NCBI GenBank assembly: GCA_021772095.1
Contig: JADYXR010000001.1
Coordinates: forward strand, 10,786-74,785
Direction: 5' to 3'
Length of the DNA: 64,000 nt
Source: Candidatus Obscuribacter sp.
GTDB taxonomy: Bacteria > Cyanobacteriota > Vampirovibrionia > Obscuribacterales > Obscuribacteraceae
Part shown: piece after piece, positions 27,575-37,279 of the stretch
How positions within the stretch are numbered: the first letter of the stretch is position 1
How the letters are laid out: each line of letters starts with the position of its first letter
Program-made: the position numbers and the translations under genes
Notes under the pieces: model-generated
Told to the model about the DNA's origin: nothing
The model's database searches: none
Seen by the model: the letters and a program-made list of their open reading frames with translations, nothing else

Positions 27575-29812
27575 TTATTCCTCGTCGCCGTGCTCTTCAG
27601 AAGAGCCTTCGGTGCTGGAATCAGCATGAGAGAAGGCGCCAATCTTGAGTTGATCGAAGCCCTGTTCTTCTTTGTCATCGCCACCATCTGCGGTGTCGGT
27701 CGATTGCTCGTGCGACTCTCCGTGGGTGGTGTCGGATTCTTGGCTCACGAGTTGAAAGTTTTGACGAATTGATTCGTCGCCCTGGTTTTGATCGTGGCTG
27801 TGGTCATGCGAATGATCGTGAGCGTGTCCATGGTCGCCATGAGCTTCTCCGACCGGTCCTGACTCTTCGTTCTCATCGTCTTCCTGCTCAGGCTTCTTGG
27901 CGAGCGTGAATACTCCGCTTACTCCGCTTTCGACGGCTTCGTAGGGGCTGGGCGTGATTTCCGGCGTCCAATCCACCTCCGCTTCCACTACTTCATTTTC
28001 ACCAGTTTCTTCATCTTCGTCTTCGTCGTCAGAAACGGAAGGTGCGTTATGAGTTACCGGATTATATTCTTCGATCACCAGATCGCGATACGAAGAAGTC
28101 GAAGGTGTGGATGGGAAAGCAGGTGCTGGAGCGGCTTCATAAGAAGCTGTCGGAGGCGGGGTTGGTGCATTACCAACTCCAATTTCCTGGAAAACCTCTT
28201 CGACTGCCGAGATGCTGTTGGACAATTCTCGTGATGAAGAATCATCATCTTCCACTGAAGCTTCGTAACGACTAACTTTAGCAATGCCTGCTTCTTTTTC
28301 AACTTCAAGAGTGGCGTCATCGTTAGAATCGTCGGAATCATCATCATCGTCTTCGTCGCCGAATTCGGCTTCGCCTTGACGAGGACGACCACGGCCGCGG
28401 TCACGAGTATCGAGAAGTTCTTCCGGCATTTGAGCGAGAATTTCTTCAGGAACGTCCAGCACTTCTTCGCCATTGGTTACTGTCTGAGTGATACGACCAC
28501 CAGATGCGGTGGCTGATTTGAGAACAGATCCGGAGCGCGATCCACCGCGTTTTTTCGGTTGTGCTTCTTCGTCCTGTCTCAGGCCGATCACTTTGCGAGT
28601 GTCGCCGGAGCCCACTTCGAGCATGGCGAGAACGCCCTGTCCTGTGCAATGCGAGCATTCTTGCGTAAAGAGTTCTCTCAAGCTTTGACCTTGTCTGCGA
28701 CGAGTCAGTTCGACCAGACCCAGATCGGAAAGTTGTCCGATTTGTGGTTTCGCGCGATCGTCTTCGAGCGCGCGTGTGAATTGCTCCAACACTTGCTGTT
28801 GATCTTTGCGGCTTTCCATGTCGATGAAGTCGACAATAACCATGCCGCCAATGTTGCGCAGTCTGAGCTGACGCGGAATTTCTTGGGCCGCTTCTAAGTT
28901 CGTCCGTCTCACCGTTTCGGCTTGCGTACGCGAGCTGGTGAAACGACCGGAGTTGACGTCGATTACCGTGAGCGCTTCAGTCGGTTGAATATTCAAGTGA
29001 CCGCCGCTTGGCAGCTCAGCTCTGTCGGTGAGCGCGGCTTCAATTTCATGATCGATGCCTTTTGCCACCAGAATAGATTCTTGATCGGTGTGGAAAGATA
29101 CTTTCGTGTTCTTGCTCGCCCAACCGGACAAGTACTCTTGAGCACGTTTTTGCCCATCAGGACTATCAACGATAATGTCGGTAACTTCGTGCGAATAAGC
29201 GTCACGAATAACTCTGAAAAGCAGATCCTGATCGCGATATATAAGAAGAGGTCCGATCGAAGCTTCCGCTTCGGAGACCACGGTTTGCCAGGTATCCCAC
29301 AATTGTTGGAAGTCTTCGAAGAGTTCATCTTCGCCCTGACCTTTCGCTTCGGTTCTAATAATTATGCCGACGCCCGGAGGCTTCATCAAGTTGACGACGG
29401 CTTTCAGTCTGGCGCGTTCGCGTGATTCTGAAATCCGTCTCGAGATCGAGACTCCGCGCTCTTCCGGTACCAGTACCAGAAAACGTCCAGGCAAACTGAT
29501 CGCCGTAGACACCCGAGGTCCTTTGTGACCGGTAGGTTCTTTTGTGATTTGAACCAGCAATTTTTGTTTCGGCACAAGGCGCTCTTTCAGCGGTCCTTGA
29601 CCAGGCACATCATTGGCGTGCAAAAATCCCATTTTGTCTTTGCCAAGATTTACGAATGCGGCATCGATGCCGGGGAGAATATTTTCAACAGTACAGGTAT
29701 AGATATCGCCGAGAAGCAATTCGCCACGATTGACGAAAAACTCGCATACTCTGTCATTCTCGAGTAATGCTGCGATGTTATCTTGTTCTGAAATTACAAG
29801 TGACTTTCTCAT
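27575..29812 (-). CDS. rne: Ribonuclease E/G
   Basis: LPGIDAAFVN, QITKEPTGHKGPR, TEALTVIDVNSG, QLRLRNIGGMVIVDFIDM, Zn-link CSHCTGQG; acidic disordered tail. Confidence 0.95.
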   Translation of the reverse strand: MRKSLVISEQDNIAALLENDRVCEFFVNRGELLLGDIYTCTVENILPGIDAAFVNLGKDKMGFLHANDVPGQGPLKERLVPKQKLLVQITKEPTGHKGPRVSTAISLPGRFLVLVPEERGVSISRRISESRERARLKAVVNLMKPPGVGIIIRTEAKGQGEDELFEDFQQLWDTWQTVVSEAEASIGPLLIYRDQDLLFRVIRDAYSHEVTDIIVDSPDGQKRAQEYLSGWASKNTKVSFHTDQESILVAKGIDHEIEAALTDRAELPSGGHLNIQPTEALTVIDVNSGRFTSSRTQAETVRRTNLEAAQEIPRQLRLRNIGGMVIVDFIDMESRKDQQQVLEQFTRALEDDRAKPQIGQLSDLGLVELTRRRQGQSLRELFTQECSHCTGQGVLAMLEVGSGDTRKVIGLRQDEEAQPKKRGGSRSGSVLKSATASGGRITQTVTNGEEVLDVPEEILAQMPEELLDTRDRGRGRPRQGEAEFGDEDDDDDSDDSNDDATLEVEKEAGIAKVSRYEASVEDDDSSSRELSNSISAVEEVFQEIGVGNAPTPPPTASYEAAPAPAFPSTPSTSSYRDLVIEEYNPVTHNAPSVSDDEDEDEETGENEVVEAEVDWTPEITPSPYEAVESGVSGVFTLAKKPEQEDDENEESGPVGEAHGDHGHAHDHSHDHSHDQNQGDESIRQNFQLVSQESDTTHGESHEQSTDTADGGDDKEEQGFDQLKIGAFSHADSSTEGSSEEHGDEE

Positions 29813-29851
29813 AAGTTCCTCAAACTAGTTATACAAACTTAAATCACCGAA

Positions 29852-32773
29852 CTAAGTGGTCTGTAGAATTTTCGATTCTTCTATAGATTGGTTCGGTTTG
29901 TCGTAACTAAGCAATGGGGCTCCGTCGGCTGCTTTCAGCGCGAGCCTGGTGAGCTTCCAGCGTAACTGCGTATCAATGCTTTCTAAAACCTCGAGAGGTT
30001 TTACGTGTGATTGCGGACTGCAAGCAAGCTCCATCTCAAGCGTAACTGGCAATCCATCTTTGACATTAAGAGACTTGATACCATCTCTGATGTCCCGATG
30101 CTCCGGAACTTCTTTACGGTTTCGCTTATTTTGGCTTTTCCGTTTAGCGTTTTCCGAAGTTTTCACTAAAATCGATTCTTGGGCGAGAAGCTCTGAGACC
30201 CGCGTCTTGAGCCTGTCTAACTCGACAGCATTCGGTGCGTCAACTCCATCGGAGTCGGCGAGCACCGCGCTGTACACGGCCGAATTGAGAACCGCCGACA
30301 ATGATTGCGTCGGTCTCTCGGTCAGGCAAATGACTTCTTGAATTTGCACTTCAGGAGGCAATTGCCGGTTGATTCTGCTTTTGAATTCCTCGGATGTGAG
30401 GCCTTCAGCAAGCTCTAGCTCCGCTATTTCTCCTTCACCTTCAAAATAAAGAGGAAGGGGACTGGCAAGAGAGAGCTTGGGTTGTGGGTTGAAACCTTGT
30501 GAGTATGCCAGGTTAAGACCGGCACGCCGGGCTGCTCGGACGAGCAGCGATTGCATATCGAGGTGACCGACAAAACGAAGGTCACCACGTTTGGTGAACA
30601 GAAAACGCAAGCGCGTTAACGTATCGGTGGAAGGAGCGTCCGGCTTCTGTTGCACGAACAGAGACGGATGCGAGTCCTCATCAGGGTTTGCGTTCAATTC
30701 TTGAACGAACGGCAATTCTTTGACGAAGCGATTTTTCTTCATCACGTCAGGGTTTGGTTCTGCCAGATGATGTTCGGTATCGAGTTCGGTGCAAACACCA
30801 CAGGCGTGACAAGTGTTCTCGGTGCAATTTGCAGTTTCCTGCATCGCGATCGCTTTTTCCCATTCTTTGACCAGCCACCAGGTGTGCAAGCCGATGTGGA
30901 CGATGTCCCAGGGTTGAGCAGATCCGACTTCGCGATCCGTGCAAGCGATTTCTTCTAAAGTAGTGTTCAGTTCGGCGGCAACTTCATGCCAGATATGAGG
31001 TTGAAAACGATCGTCCCATGCATCGAACGTGCAACCTTTTTTCCAGGCGCGATAAATGATCTCCGCCATCTCACGACCACCGCGCGAAATGACTGATTCG
31101 AGCAATGTGATCTCGACGTCGGTTTTATTCAACTGCACATTGCCCAGACCCGAGTCTCTGAGCGCTTGATGGAGGACTTCGTGTTTGCGTTTGGTTTCTT
31201 CACGAGTAACTAAACCAAACCATTGGAAAGGCGTGAATGGTTTTGGAACGAAGTTCGAAATCGTGCAAGTGAACTCCATACCTTTTTTATATTTTTCTGT
31301 ATCGCTCTTGCGAATTTTGCGACACATCATCGTCGCTTCTTTCAAGATATCGATGATGCCGACCAGATCTTCATCTTGTTCGGTCGGCATGCAGCACATG
31401 AAGTAGAGCTTCACGGATGTCCAACCCGACTTGAACGCGGATTCTATAGCCGAAAGGATTTGTTCGTGCTTCAAACCTTTATTGATGACCAGACGCATTC
31501 TCTCCGTTCCAGCTTCTGGTGCCAGAGTGATACCACTTCTGCGAACGGTCGCCAACTCTTCGGCGATGTCCATGTTCATTCTGTCTGCCCGTTGGCTTGG
31601 GAATGAAAGTGAAGCGCGCGCTTGGCTGTGCTCACGATTGAGATTGCGGGCGGCGTCGTACAAACTTGTGTAGTCGGAAACGCACAGTGACAAAAGCGAA
31701 TATTCGTCATGACCGCTGTTGGCCAGAGCCTTTTTCGACAAATCAACAATGTCGGCGGCAGAACGTTCTCTTACCGGGAGAAACGTGTAACCCGGCTGGC
31801 AGAAACGGCATCCGCGATCGCATCCTCTTCTGACTTCGAGAACTTCGCGATCGTGAATCAATGACAGATATGGAACGAGTGAATTAACAGGTTGATTATC
31901 GTTGTTGAGTGGTGCCACCTGACGATAAACTCTGGACGGAATTCCCGTTGTCTCGCCCTTTGAATCTATTTCAAAGACCGACTCGATTCGTTCCAAAACA
32001 GCATTACCGGCGGTATCACCGAGATAATCTCTCAACTGTTGCATATCGAATTTGGAGACGCAATTTTCGCCTGCTTTCAGCTCATAGAGCGCCGGCACAT
32101 AAACACCCGGCACGTTGCAAGCGAGAGCCCAGAGCAAACGTTTTCTCGCCTTTTCCGTAGTCGAGGCATCTAAAGTTTCGCCCTCAATAGCCTTTTTGAA
32201 TTTTTCAATTTCGCGCATGGCGTGAGGAACCATCTCCTCACCGTCGCCAATCATATAGAGATCGAGGAAGCGTGCCATCGGCTCCGGATTGACAGAAGAA
32301 GGGCCGCCGCCGAATATCAAAGGGAAGATTTCAGTTCGATCTTTGGCTTCCACGGGAATGTGGGCGAGCTCCAGCATATTTAATACGTTGGTGTAAGTCA
32401 GTTCGTATTGCAGCGAGAAGCCGATCAATTCAAAATCTTTGACCGGTCTGCGCGACTCCCAGGACCAGAGCGGCAAATTGCGCTCGCGCAAGAGGCTCTC
32501 CATATCGGAAGCAGGCGCGTAAGTTCGGTCGACCATCAAGCCGTCGATGGCGTTGATGACTTTGTACAAAATCTTCAGACCGAAGTTGGACATGCCAAGT
32601 TCGTAAGTATCGGGGAAAGCCAGAGCCAGTCGCACCGTGGACGTATCGAATGATTTGCGCAGTGCGCCCCATTCATTGCCAAGATACTGACCGGGTTTAT
32701 TGACCCGATGGAGAAGATCTTCAGTTAAGGTGGTGGAAAATTGTTTTGAGTTCACTTGGGTCGCTGCCTTCAA
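29852..32773 (-). CDS. TIGR03960-type radical SAM protein fused to a TIGR03936/DUF2344 domain
   Basis: KPGQYLGNE, FPDTYELGMSN, GCDRGCRFCQ (CxxxCxxC), C-terminal FTKRGDLRFVGHLD...SQGFNPQPK; lies upstream of rne as is usual for this family. Confidence 0.9.
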   Translation of the reverse strand: MKAATQVNSKQFSTTLTEDLLHRVNKPGQYLGNEWGALRKSFDTSTVRLALAFPDTYELGMSNFGLKILYKVINAIDGLMVDRTYAPASDMESLLRERNLPLWSWESRRPVKDFELIGFSLQYELTYTNVLNMLELAHIPVEAKDRTEIFPLIFGGGPSSVNPEPMARFLDLYMIGDGEEMVPHAMREIEKFKKAIEGETLDASTTEKARKRLLWALACNVPGVYVPALYELKAGENCVSKFDMQQLRDYLGDTAGNAVLERIESVFEIDSKGETTGIPSRVYRQVAPLNNDNQPVNSLVPYLSLIHDREVLEVRRGCDRGCRFCQPGYTFLPVRERSAADIVDLSKKALANSGHDEYSLLSLCVSDYTSLYDAARNLNREHSQARASLSFPSQRADRMNMDIAEELATVRRSGITLAPEAGTERMRLVINKGLKHEQILSAIESAFKSGWTSVKLYFMCCMPTEQDEDLVGIIDILKEATMMCRKIRKSDTEKYKKGMEFTCTISNFVPKPFTPFQWFGLVTREETKRKHEVLHQALRDSGLGNVQLNKTDVEITLLESVISRGGREMAEIIYRAWKKGCTFDAWDDRFQPHIWHEVAAELNTTLEEIACTDREVGSAQPWDIVHIGLHTWWLVKEWEKAIAMQETANCTENTCHACGVCTELDTEHHLAEPNPDVMKKNRFVKELPFVQELNANPDEDSHPSLFVQQKPDAPSTDTLTRLRFLFTKRGDLRFVGHLDMQSLLVRAARRAGLNLAYSQGFNPQPKLSLASPLPLYFEGEGEIAELELAEGLTSEEFKSRINRQLPPEVQIQEVICLTERPTQSLSAVLNSAVYSAVLADSDGVDAPNAVELDRLKTRVSELLAQESILVKTSENAKRKSQNKRNRKEVPEHRDIRDGIKSLNVKDGLPVTLEMELACSPQSHVKPLEVLESIDTQLRWKLTRLALKAADGAPLLSYDKPNQSIEESKILQTT

Positions 32774-32779
32774 TCCAGT

Positions 32780-33020
32780 GCAGGCACAGGTTGAGACGCA
32801 GGTGGAAACTGAGATAAATCAGCGTTGAGGCTGCGCCCCTTCGCGTGTTCGTAAGCAAAACGCTTCGCTTGCGCACCAGAAGCCAATCTTGGCTTCAGAC
32901 GAATTAACCTGTAATCACCCGACGTTCCGGGATCTCGCCTCCCTGAGCAAGCTCGCGAGGGCACAGGAGATATTTGAAATTGACTACAGCTTTCTTGAGT
33001 GAGCCTGACTGGTACTCAAG
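32780..33020 (-). promoter_or_regulatory. Putative structured 5' leader of the radical SAM-rne operon
   Basis: Minus-strand TATAAT at 33033-33028; closing stem CTGTGCCCTCGCG/CGCGAAGGGGCGCAG with internal hairpins. Confidence 0.45.
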
Positions 33021-33318
33021 TGACTTAATTATAACCCTTATAGGCTATGGATTTTTACATTGATTAGAGCTTGAGAAAGTTTAATATGCCAAAACGGGTG
33101 CATTTAATGACTGGAGCAGGGGTTCGGCGATTTCGTCCTTGTCACGTAAGGAAACAATTGCTTTCAAGATGGCGATTCAAGCCCAAAAGTTCGTAAGTTT
33201 CGAAACTCTGGGAATTTAACTATGAGGAAGCCCTAGATTGCTTGACTACCGTGATATATTCGCAATTGAGAGTCTTGAAAAAAGAGGTCCGCAAGATTTT
33301 AAGAAGAAGGATTGATCC

Positions 33319-33720
33319 GTGATACTGGAGGCGTTCTCAAAATATCTGCATGAGTCGGACCAGACACTTCCGTCTATGGAAGTCCTGTCGCGGTGGCTCT
33401 GGGAAAAATTGAGCATGCCGCCACAATGCAACGTCGATCAAGTCATTCATTGCGAGATCATTATCTGCCGTCAAGACCCTTCCGAAGGTGACACCACCGA
33501 TTGCGACATCTTCATTCCGCAAATCGAAAATGACCTCGAGCAAGTCGAATCGTCCTTCGTGTTCAAAGGCAATTCGAAATCCGGCGAACGTTTACTAAAT
33601 AGTTTAAGAACCTACGGTCAAAGCTACGAGCAGCAAAAGTGGGCTCGCTGGATTCACAACATCAAAGCAAGTGATTTCAGCGGCAGCGACGCTCGCAAAC
33701 TGGACGATAATTTCGACTAG
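33319..33720 (+). CDS. Hypothetical protein
   Basis: 133-aa ORF with GTG start, AGAAGGA upstream and globular composition. Confidence 0.65.
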   Translation: MILEAFSKYLHESDQTLPSMEVLSRWLWEKLSMPPQCNVDQVIHCEIIICRQDPSEGDTTDCDIFIPQIENDLEQVESSFVFKGNSKSGERLLNSLRTYGQSYEQQKWARWIHNIKASDFSGSDARKLDDNFD

Positions 33721-33846
33721 AATTGTGTTTCCTTTTGGCGACCAAGCTTCCGTTTGCACGGGAACTAATTTGCCGGGATAATGTCCTTGAGAGTATTGCC
33801 GAGTACGTTGTTACGAGGCACTGATTAGCATCGAAACCCATTACGA

Positions 33847-34329
33847 ATGGTTGGTATGAACAAAATAGATCGGAATCGAATTTCTGTCACCGCGGTGCTA
33901 TTAGCGGCTATCATCGCTCCGATGGCGGCAAGCGCGGCAGAGAATCTGTCTCTTCGAAAAGGTGTTTCTTTTACCGACGATAAAGACAATGGTTTTCCAA
34001 TTCTCGCGGACAAGATTGAGGATGCCACTATAGGCAGTGGCAAGCCGACTTTCATCTTTTTTGGTGCATCCGGTGATTTGAATACAAATCGTCAGGCGAA
34101 AAGATTGGTCGGGCTATATAACAAGTTCAAAACCAAGAATTTAAAATTTATTGTGATTGATGTCGATCATGCGGCTAATCCGCAAGCGACTGAACTGATC
34201 AAGAAGCACTACAAGGGCTACATTCCGTGCCAAGTTCTGCTGGATAATGCCGGCACTTCCACCTGGTCGAAGTCGGGCGAAATTCCTGAAGGCGATGTCG
34301 CCAAAGAAATCGAAGCGCGCGTCAAGTAG
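33847..34329 (+). CDS. Exported thioredoxin-like protein lacking CxxC
   Basis: Signal peptide; GKPTFIFFGA, LKFIVIDVD, YIPCQVLLDNAG thioredoxin-fold pattern. Confidence 0.7.
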   Translation: MVGMNKIDRNRISVTAVLLAAIIAPMAASAAENLSLRKGVSFTDDKDNGFPILADKIEDATIGSGKPTFIFFGASGDLNTNRQAKRLVGLYNKFKTKNLKFIVIDVDHAANPQATELIKKHYKGYIPCQVLLDNAGTSTWSKSGEIPEGDVAKEIEARVK

Positions 34330-34373
34330 TCGAATAGTGGAGCGTAAACGGCGGCTCTGGCTGTTTCACCGGC

Positions 34374-34582
34374 GTCGTGTCATTTGAACGTTGTCGCGTC
34401 ATTTGAACGGAGTCGCGTCATTCGAAGCGCCTTGTCATGGAACGTCGTCTCGTGATTCGAACGAGCCGCTTTTAAGCGTCGTCCGTCGTTCCAATTCCGC
34501 CGGCATTCGATCATTAGATCGGCCATTTATTGTTTCAACGGTCTCATTTGAACATCCTCGCGTCAGCAAACGGCGTCATTTA
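34374..34582. repeat. Degenerate 19-bp-period intergenic repeats
   Basis: GTCG(C/T)GTCATT(T/C)GAA at 34374, 34393 and 34412, with weaker copies further on. Confidence 0.65.
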
Positions 34583-35425
34583 AAAACGGCGCTGCTTGAG
34601 CTTCACTATCACGTCGGGCGGAACGGGAATCGTGCCCATCAATGACTCGTGCTCGCCCCATGGTCCATGACAATCAGAACCGCCGGTTATGAGAAGATTC
34701 AGTCGCTCAGCCAGTTTCAAATGGCTCGCTTCGTGCTGCGGTTGATGCGCGCTATGGTAAACCTCGATGCCGTCGAGACCATGTTTCGACAAATCGACAA
34801 TTAAGCTGGTCAAATCAGCGCAGTAGCTCGGATGAGCAATCGATGTGATGCCGCCGGCTGCGCGGATTGCCTCAATCGCTTCGAATGGAGAAACACTTTC
34901 TCGTTTCACGTAATACTTTGATTTACGGTCATAGAATTTCGTGTACGCTTCGGTCACATCGCTTGCACCACCGCATGAGACGATTGCCTGAGTGACGTGC
35001 ACCTTGCCGATTGGGCTGCCATCAGCGATTTCATGAATCGCCTGAAAAGATATCTTCATACCTTCCGCAGCAAGAATATCGACTAGTTTTCGAACGTGCT
35101 CGTTTCTCGCCTCTTGTTGTCGTTTCAGAAGAGCGAGCAGAGTTTCGTTTTCTTTATCAATGAAATATCCAAGGATGTGAACATCCTGCGAAACACCGCT
35201 CTTGTCTGTCCAAACGGTGTTTATTTCTAAGGCAGGAACAACCTCCAATTTTCCGTCAGCACTAGCCAGCGCCTCATCGATACCACTGACGGTATCATGA
35301 TCGGTTAGCGCAATCGTATCCATGCCAATGTTAATTGCATGTGCCACCAGTTGTGATGGCGTCCAGTTTCCATCAGAATGAGTGGAATGCAGATGAAGGT
35401 CGATTTTCATGGCGACTGGATTCAA
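34580..35425 (-). CDS. PHP-domain phosphoesterase, TrpH/YciV-like (start likely 35410)
   Basis: DLHLHSTHSDG, ALTDHD, VHILGY, AHP, GIEVYH, TGGSDCHG. Confidence 0.92.
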   Translation of the reverse strand: MNPVAMKIDLHLHSTHSDGNWTPSQLVAHAINIGMDTIALTDHDTVSGIDEALASADGKLEVVPALEINTVWTDKSGVSQDVHILGYFIDKENETLLALLKRQQEARNEHVRKLVDILAAEGMKISFQAIHEIADGSPIGKVHVTQAIVSCGGASDVTEAYTKFYDRKSKYYVKRESVSPFEAIEAIRAAGGITSIAHPSYCADLTSLIVDLSKHGLDGIEVYHSAHQPQHEASHLKLAERLNLLITGGSDCHGPWGEHESLMGTIPVPPDVIVKLKQRRF

Positions 35426-36249
35426 TCTTCTTCGTCGGATGCAACAAACGCGTCGTCGTTAACCATCACGCGCGTTATACTCGTTGCTTTTTTGGTTTCG
35501 CGATCGATCTCAATCCGCACGCCATTCAACTGCGCCGGTCCACTGGCGATACTGAGCCGAGTCGGCAACTGTTGCACCATTCGACGAAACACGGTCTTCG
35601 GGTCCATGCCGATCACGCTGTTCACAGGTCCGCAGCACCCGACATCAGTTATGTACGCGGTGCCATTCTGTAATATTCGTTCATCTGCGGTTTGGACGTG
35701 AGTGTGCGTTCCAACAACCGCGGCCACTCTGCCGTCCAGGTACATTCCCATCGCAACTTTTTCAGCGGTTGCTTCCGCGTGCATATCGACCATGACGGCG
35801 TCACATTCGGAAATTAAACCAGGAAGAAGCTCATCGGCAGTGTGAAACGGCGATTGCAACGGTTCCATAAACACACGCCCAAGTAAATTTAAAAATCCGA
35901 ATTTGAAACCATTAATGTCGACGACACAAGTGCCACGTCCAGGCGTGCCAGGTGGATAATTCGCCGGTCGCAAAAGCGTCGGGTAACGATCCATGATCTC
36001 GAAAATTTCTTTCTTATCGAAGGTGTGGTTACCGCCCGAAAACACGCCCACACCAGCGGTTTGCAACTCGTGCATGACCTTCGAGGTGACACCATACCCG
36101 TGCGCCGCATTCTCAACGTTTGCTATCACTAGATCAGGAGGTTGCGACGAAGCCAATTGTTCTGTGACATACTTAGCAACAAGCAACCGACCCGGTCTAC
36201 CGATAATGTCGCCAAGAAAAAGTATGTTGAACGTGCTGTTTTTGCCCAT
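35422..36249 (-). CDS. ymdB: YmdB/TIGR00282 metallophosphoesterase
   Basis: ILFLGDIIGRPGR, NVENAAHG, GNHTFD, RPANYP, DMHAEATAEK, GTHTHVQTADE; ATG at 36249 preferred over the longer ORF. Confidence 0.93.
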   Translation of the reverse strand: MGKNSTFNILFLGDIIGRPGRLLVAKYVTEQLASSQPPDLVIANVENAAHGYGVTSKVMHELQTAGVGVFSGGNHTFDKKEIFEIMDRYPTLLRPANYPPGTPGRGTCVVDINGFKFGFLNLLGRVFMEPLQSPFHTADELLPGLISECDAVMVDMHAEATAEKVAMGMYLDGRVAAVVGTHTHVQTADERILQNGTAYITDVGCCGPVNSVIGMDPKTVFRRMVQQLPTRLSIASGPAQLNGVRIEIDRETKKATSITRVMVNDDAFVASDEED

Positions 36250-36289
36250 CTGATAGAGAATACCCGAAAGGTAACGTAGAGGCCCATGA

Positions 36290-37279
36290 ATGTTTTGTAG
36301 AGTGAGACCTTGGAAATTAGCAAACACGATAGCACTTGCTTTCGCGTGTTTTTCAGCGTGTCAGAATGTATCGTTTGCGGCTGAACAACAAATTGGTCTG
36401 GAGGCACAAGCGACTGCACTTGCACTCGATTCCAGGGAAACATTATCGACTGCGTCAGCAAATTTTGCGACAGAAAGTAAAAATTCGAAGAGCGCACCGG
36501 CGAAAAGTGCATCGAGTCCCAAACTGATTTCAAAAAATCCTGTGGTAACAAAACCGGTTGCAAAAATTGCCACACCAGCGCAAACAATTTCAACGACGTT
36601 GACCACGAAAACCACGCAACCGACGGCTCCTGCAGCTAAGACGAATTCTAAAATCGTTGTCACCACAACAAAACCCGCTGTGACAAAATCTGCTGCAACA
36701 AAATCAGAAGTTTCAGCGCAAAAAACTACAAGCGTTCAAACGACAAAAAAATCAGCATCAATTACTGATGAAAAAAACGTTTCTAAAACAAGCAATAGTG
36801 AAACAAAAACGTCTGTCTCTAAAGTGAAACCGAAGACGCGCCGAAAGACCGTGATGCTCGTTCCACCGCCACCTCCCACGATGCCAACTTATTTAAATTC
36901 GCAACCGGTATCCGGTAGTTTCGATCTGGGTATGACGGTCAACTTTATGTCGCTCGATGATCTAAAGTTTCAACAAAAAAACTTAGAGCAAAAACTCGTA
37001 TCGGCAAAACAGGATGACAAAGAACAAAAACACAGCATCGAAGAGAAGCAGTTGCGTGCCAAGCGGTTCGTCGAACTCTACCAGGAAGGCGTAGTCAGCC
37101 GCCGTGAGCTGGAAGCTGCGCAGTTGGAGTCGGAGCGGTCGCTTCGGGAAATTGGTCAAACGCATATAAAGGTTAGCGAAATCGAGCGAGTTCTTGGACA
37201 AGTAAAAGAACGCATTCACTCGATGGAGAAAGCGAATAAACCGTTTAAGCTCTCGAGCAAGAAGAGCAAAACTAGATAG
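36290..37279 (+). CDS. Exported T/K/S-rich protein with a C-terminal coiled-coil hairpin
   Basis: Signal peptide, low-complexity stalk, then RAKRFVELYQEGVVSRRELE. Confidence 0.7.
   Translation: MFCRVRPWKLANTIALAFACFSACQNVSFAAEQQIGLEAQATALALDSRETLSTASANFATESKNSKSAPAKSASSPKLISKNPVVTKPVAKIATPAQTISTTLTTKTTQPTAPAAKTNSKIVVTTTKPAVTKSAATKSEVSAQKTTSVQTTKKSASITDEKNVSKTSNSETKTSVSKVKPKTRRKTVMLVPPPPPTMPTYLNSQPVSGSFDLGMTVNFMSLDDLKFQQKNLEQKLVSAKQDDKEQKHSIEEKQLRAKRFVELYQEGVVSRRELEAAQLESERSLREIGQTHIKVSEIERVLGQVKERIHSMEKANKPFKLSSKKSKTR

Noticed and set aside
33242..33322. 26-codon TTG-start ORF overlapping the start of the 33319 gene
   Set aside because: Short, weak start codon and no independent support.
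34374..34582. CRISPR array
   Set aside because: Units are 19 nt, tandem and degenerate, with no unique spacers; no cas genes in the window.
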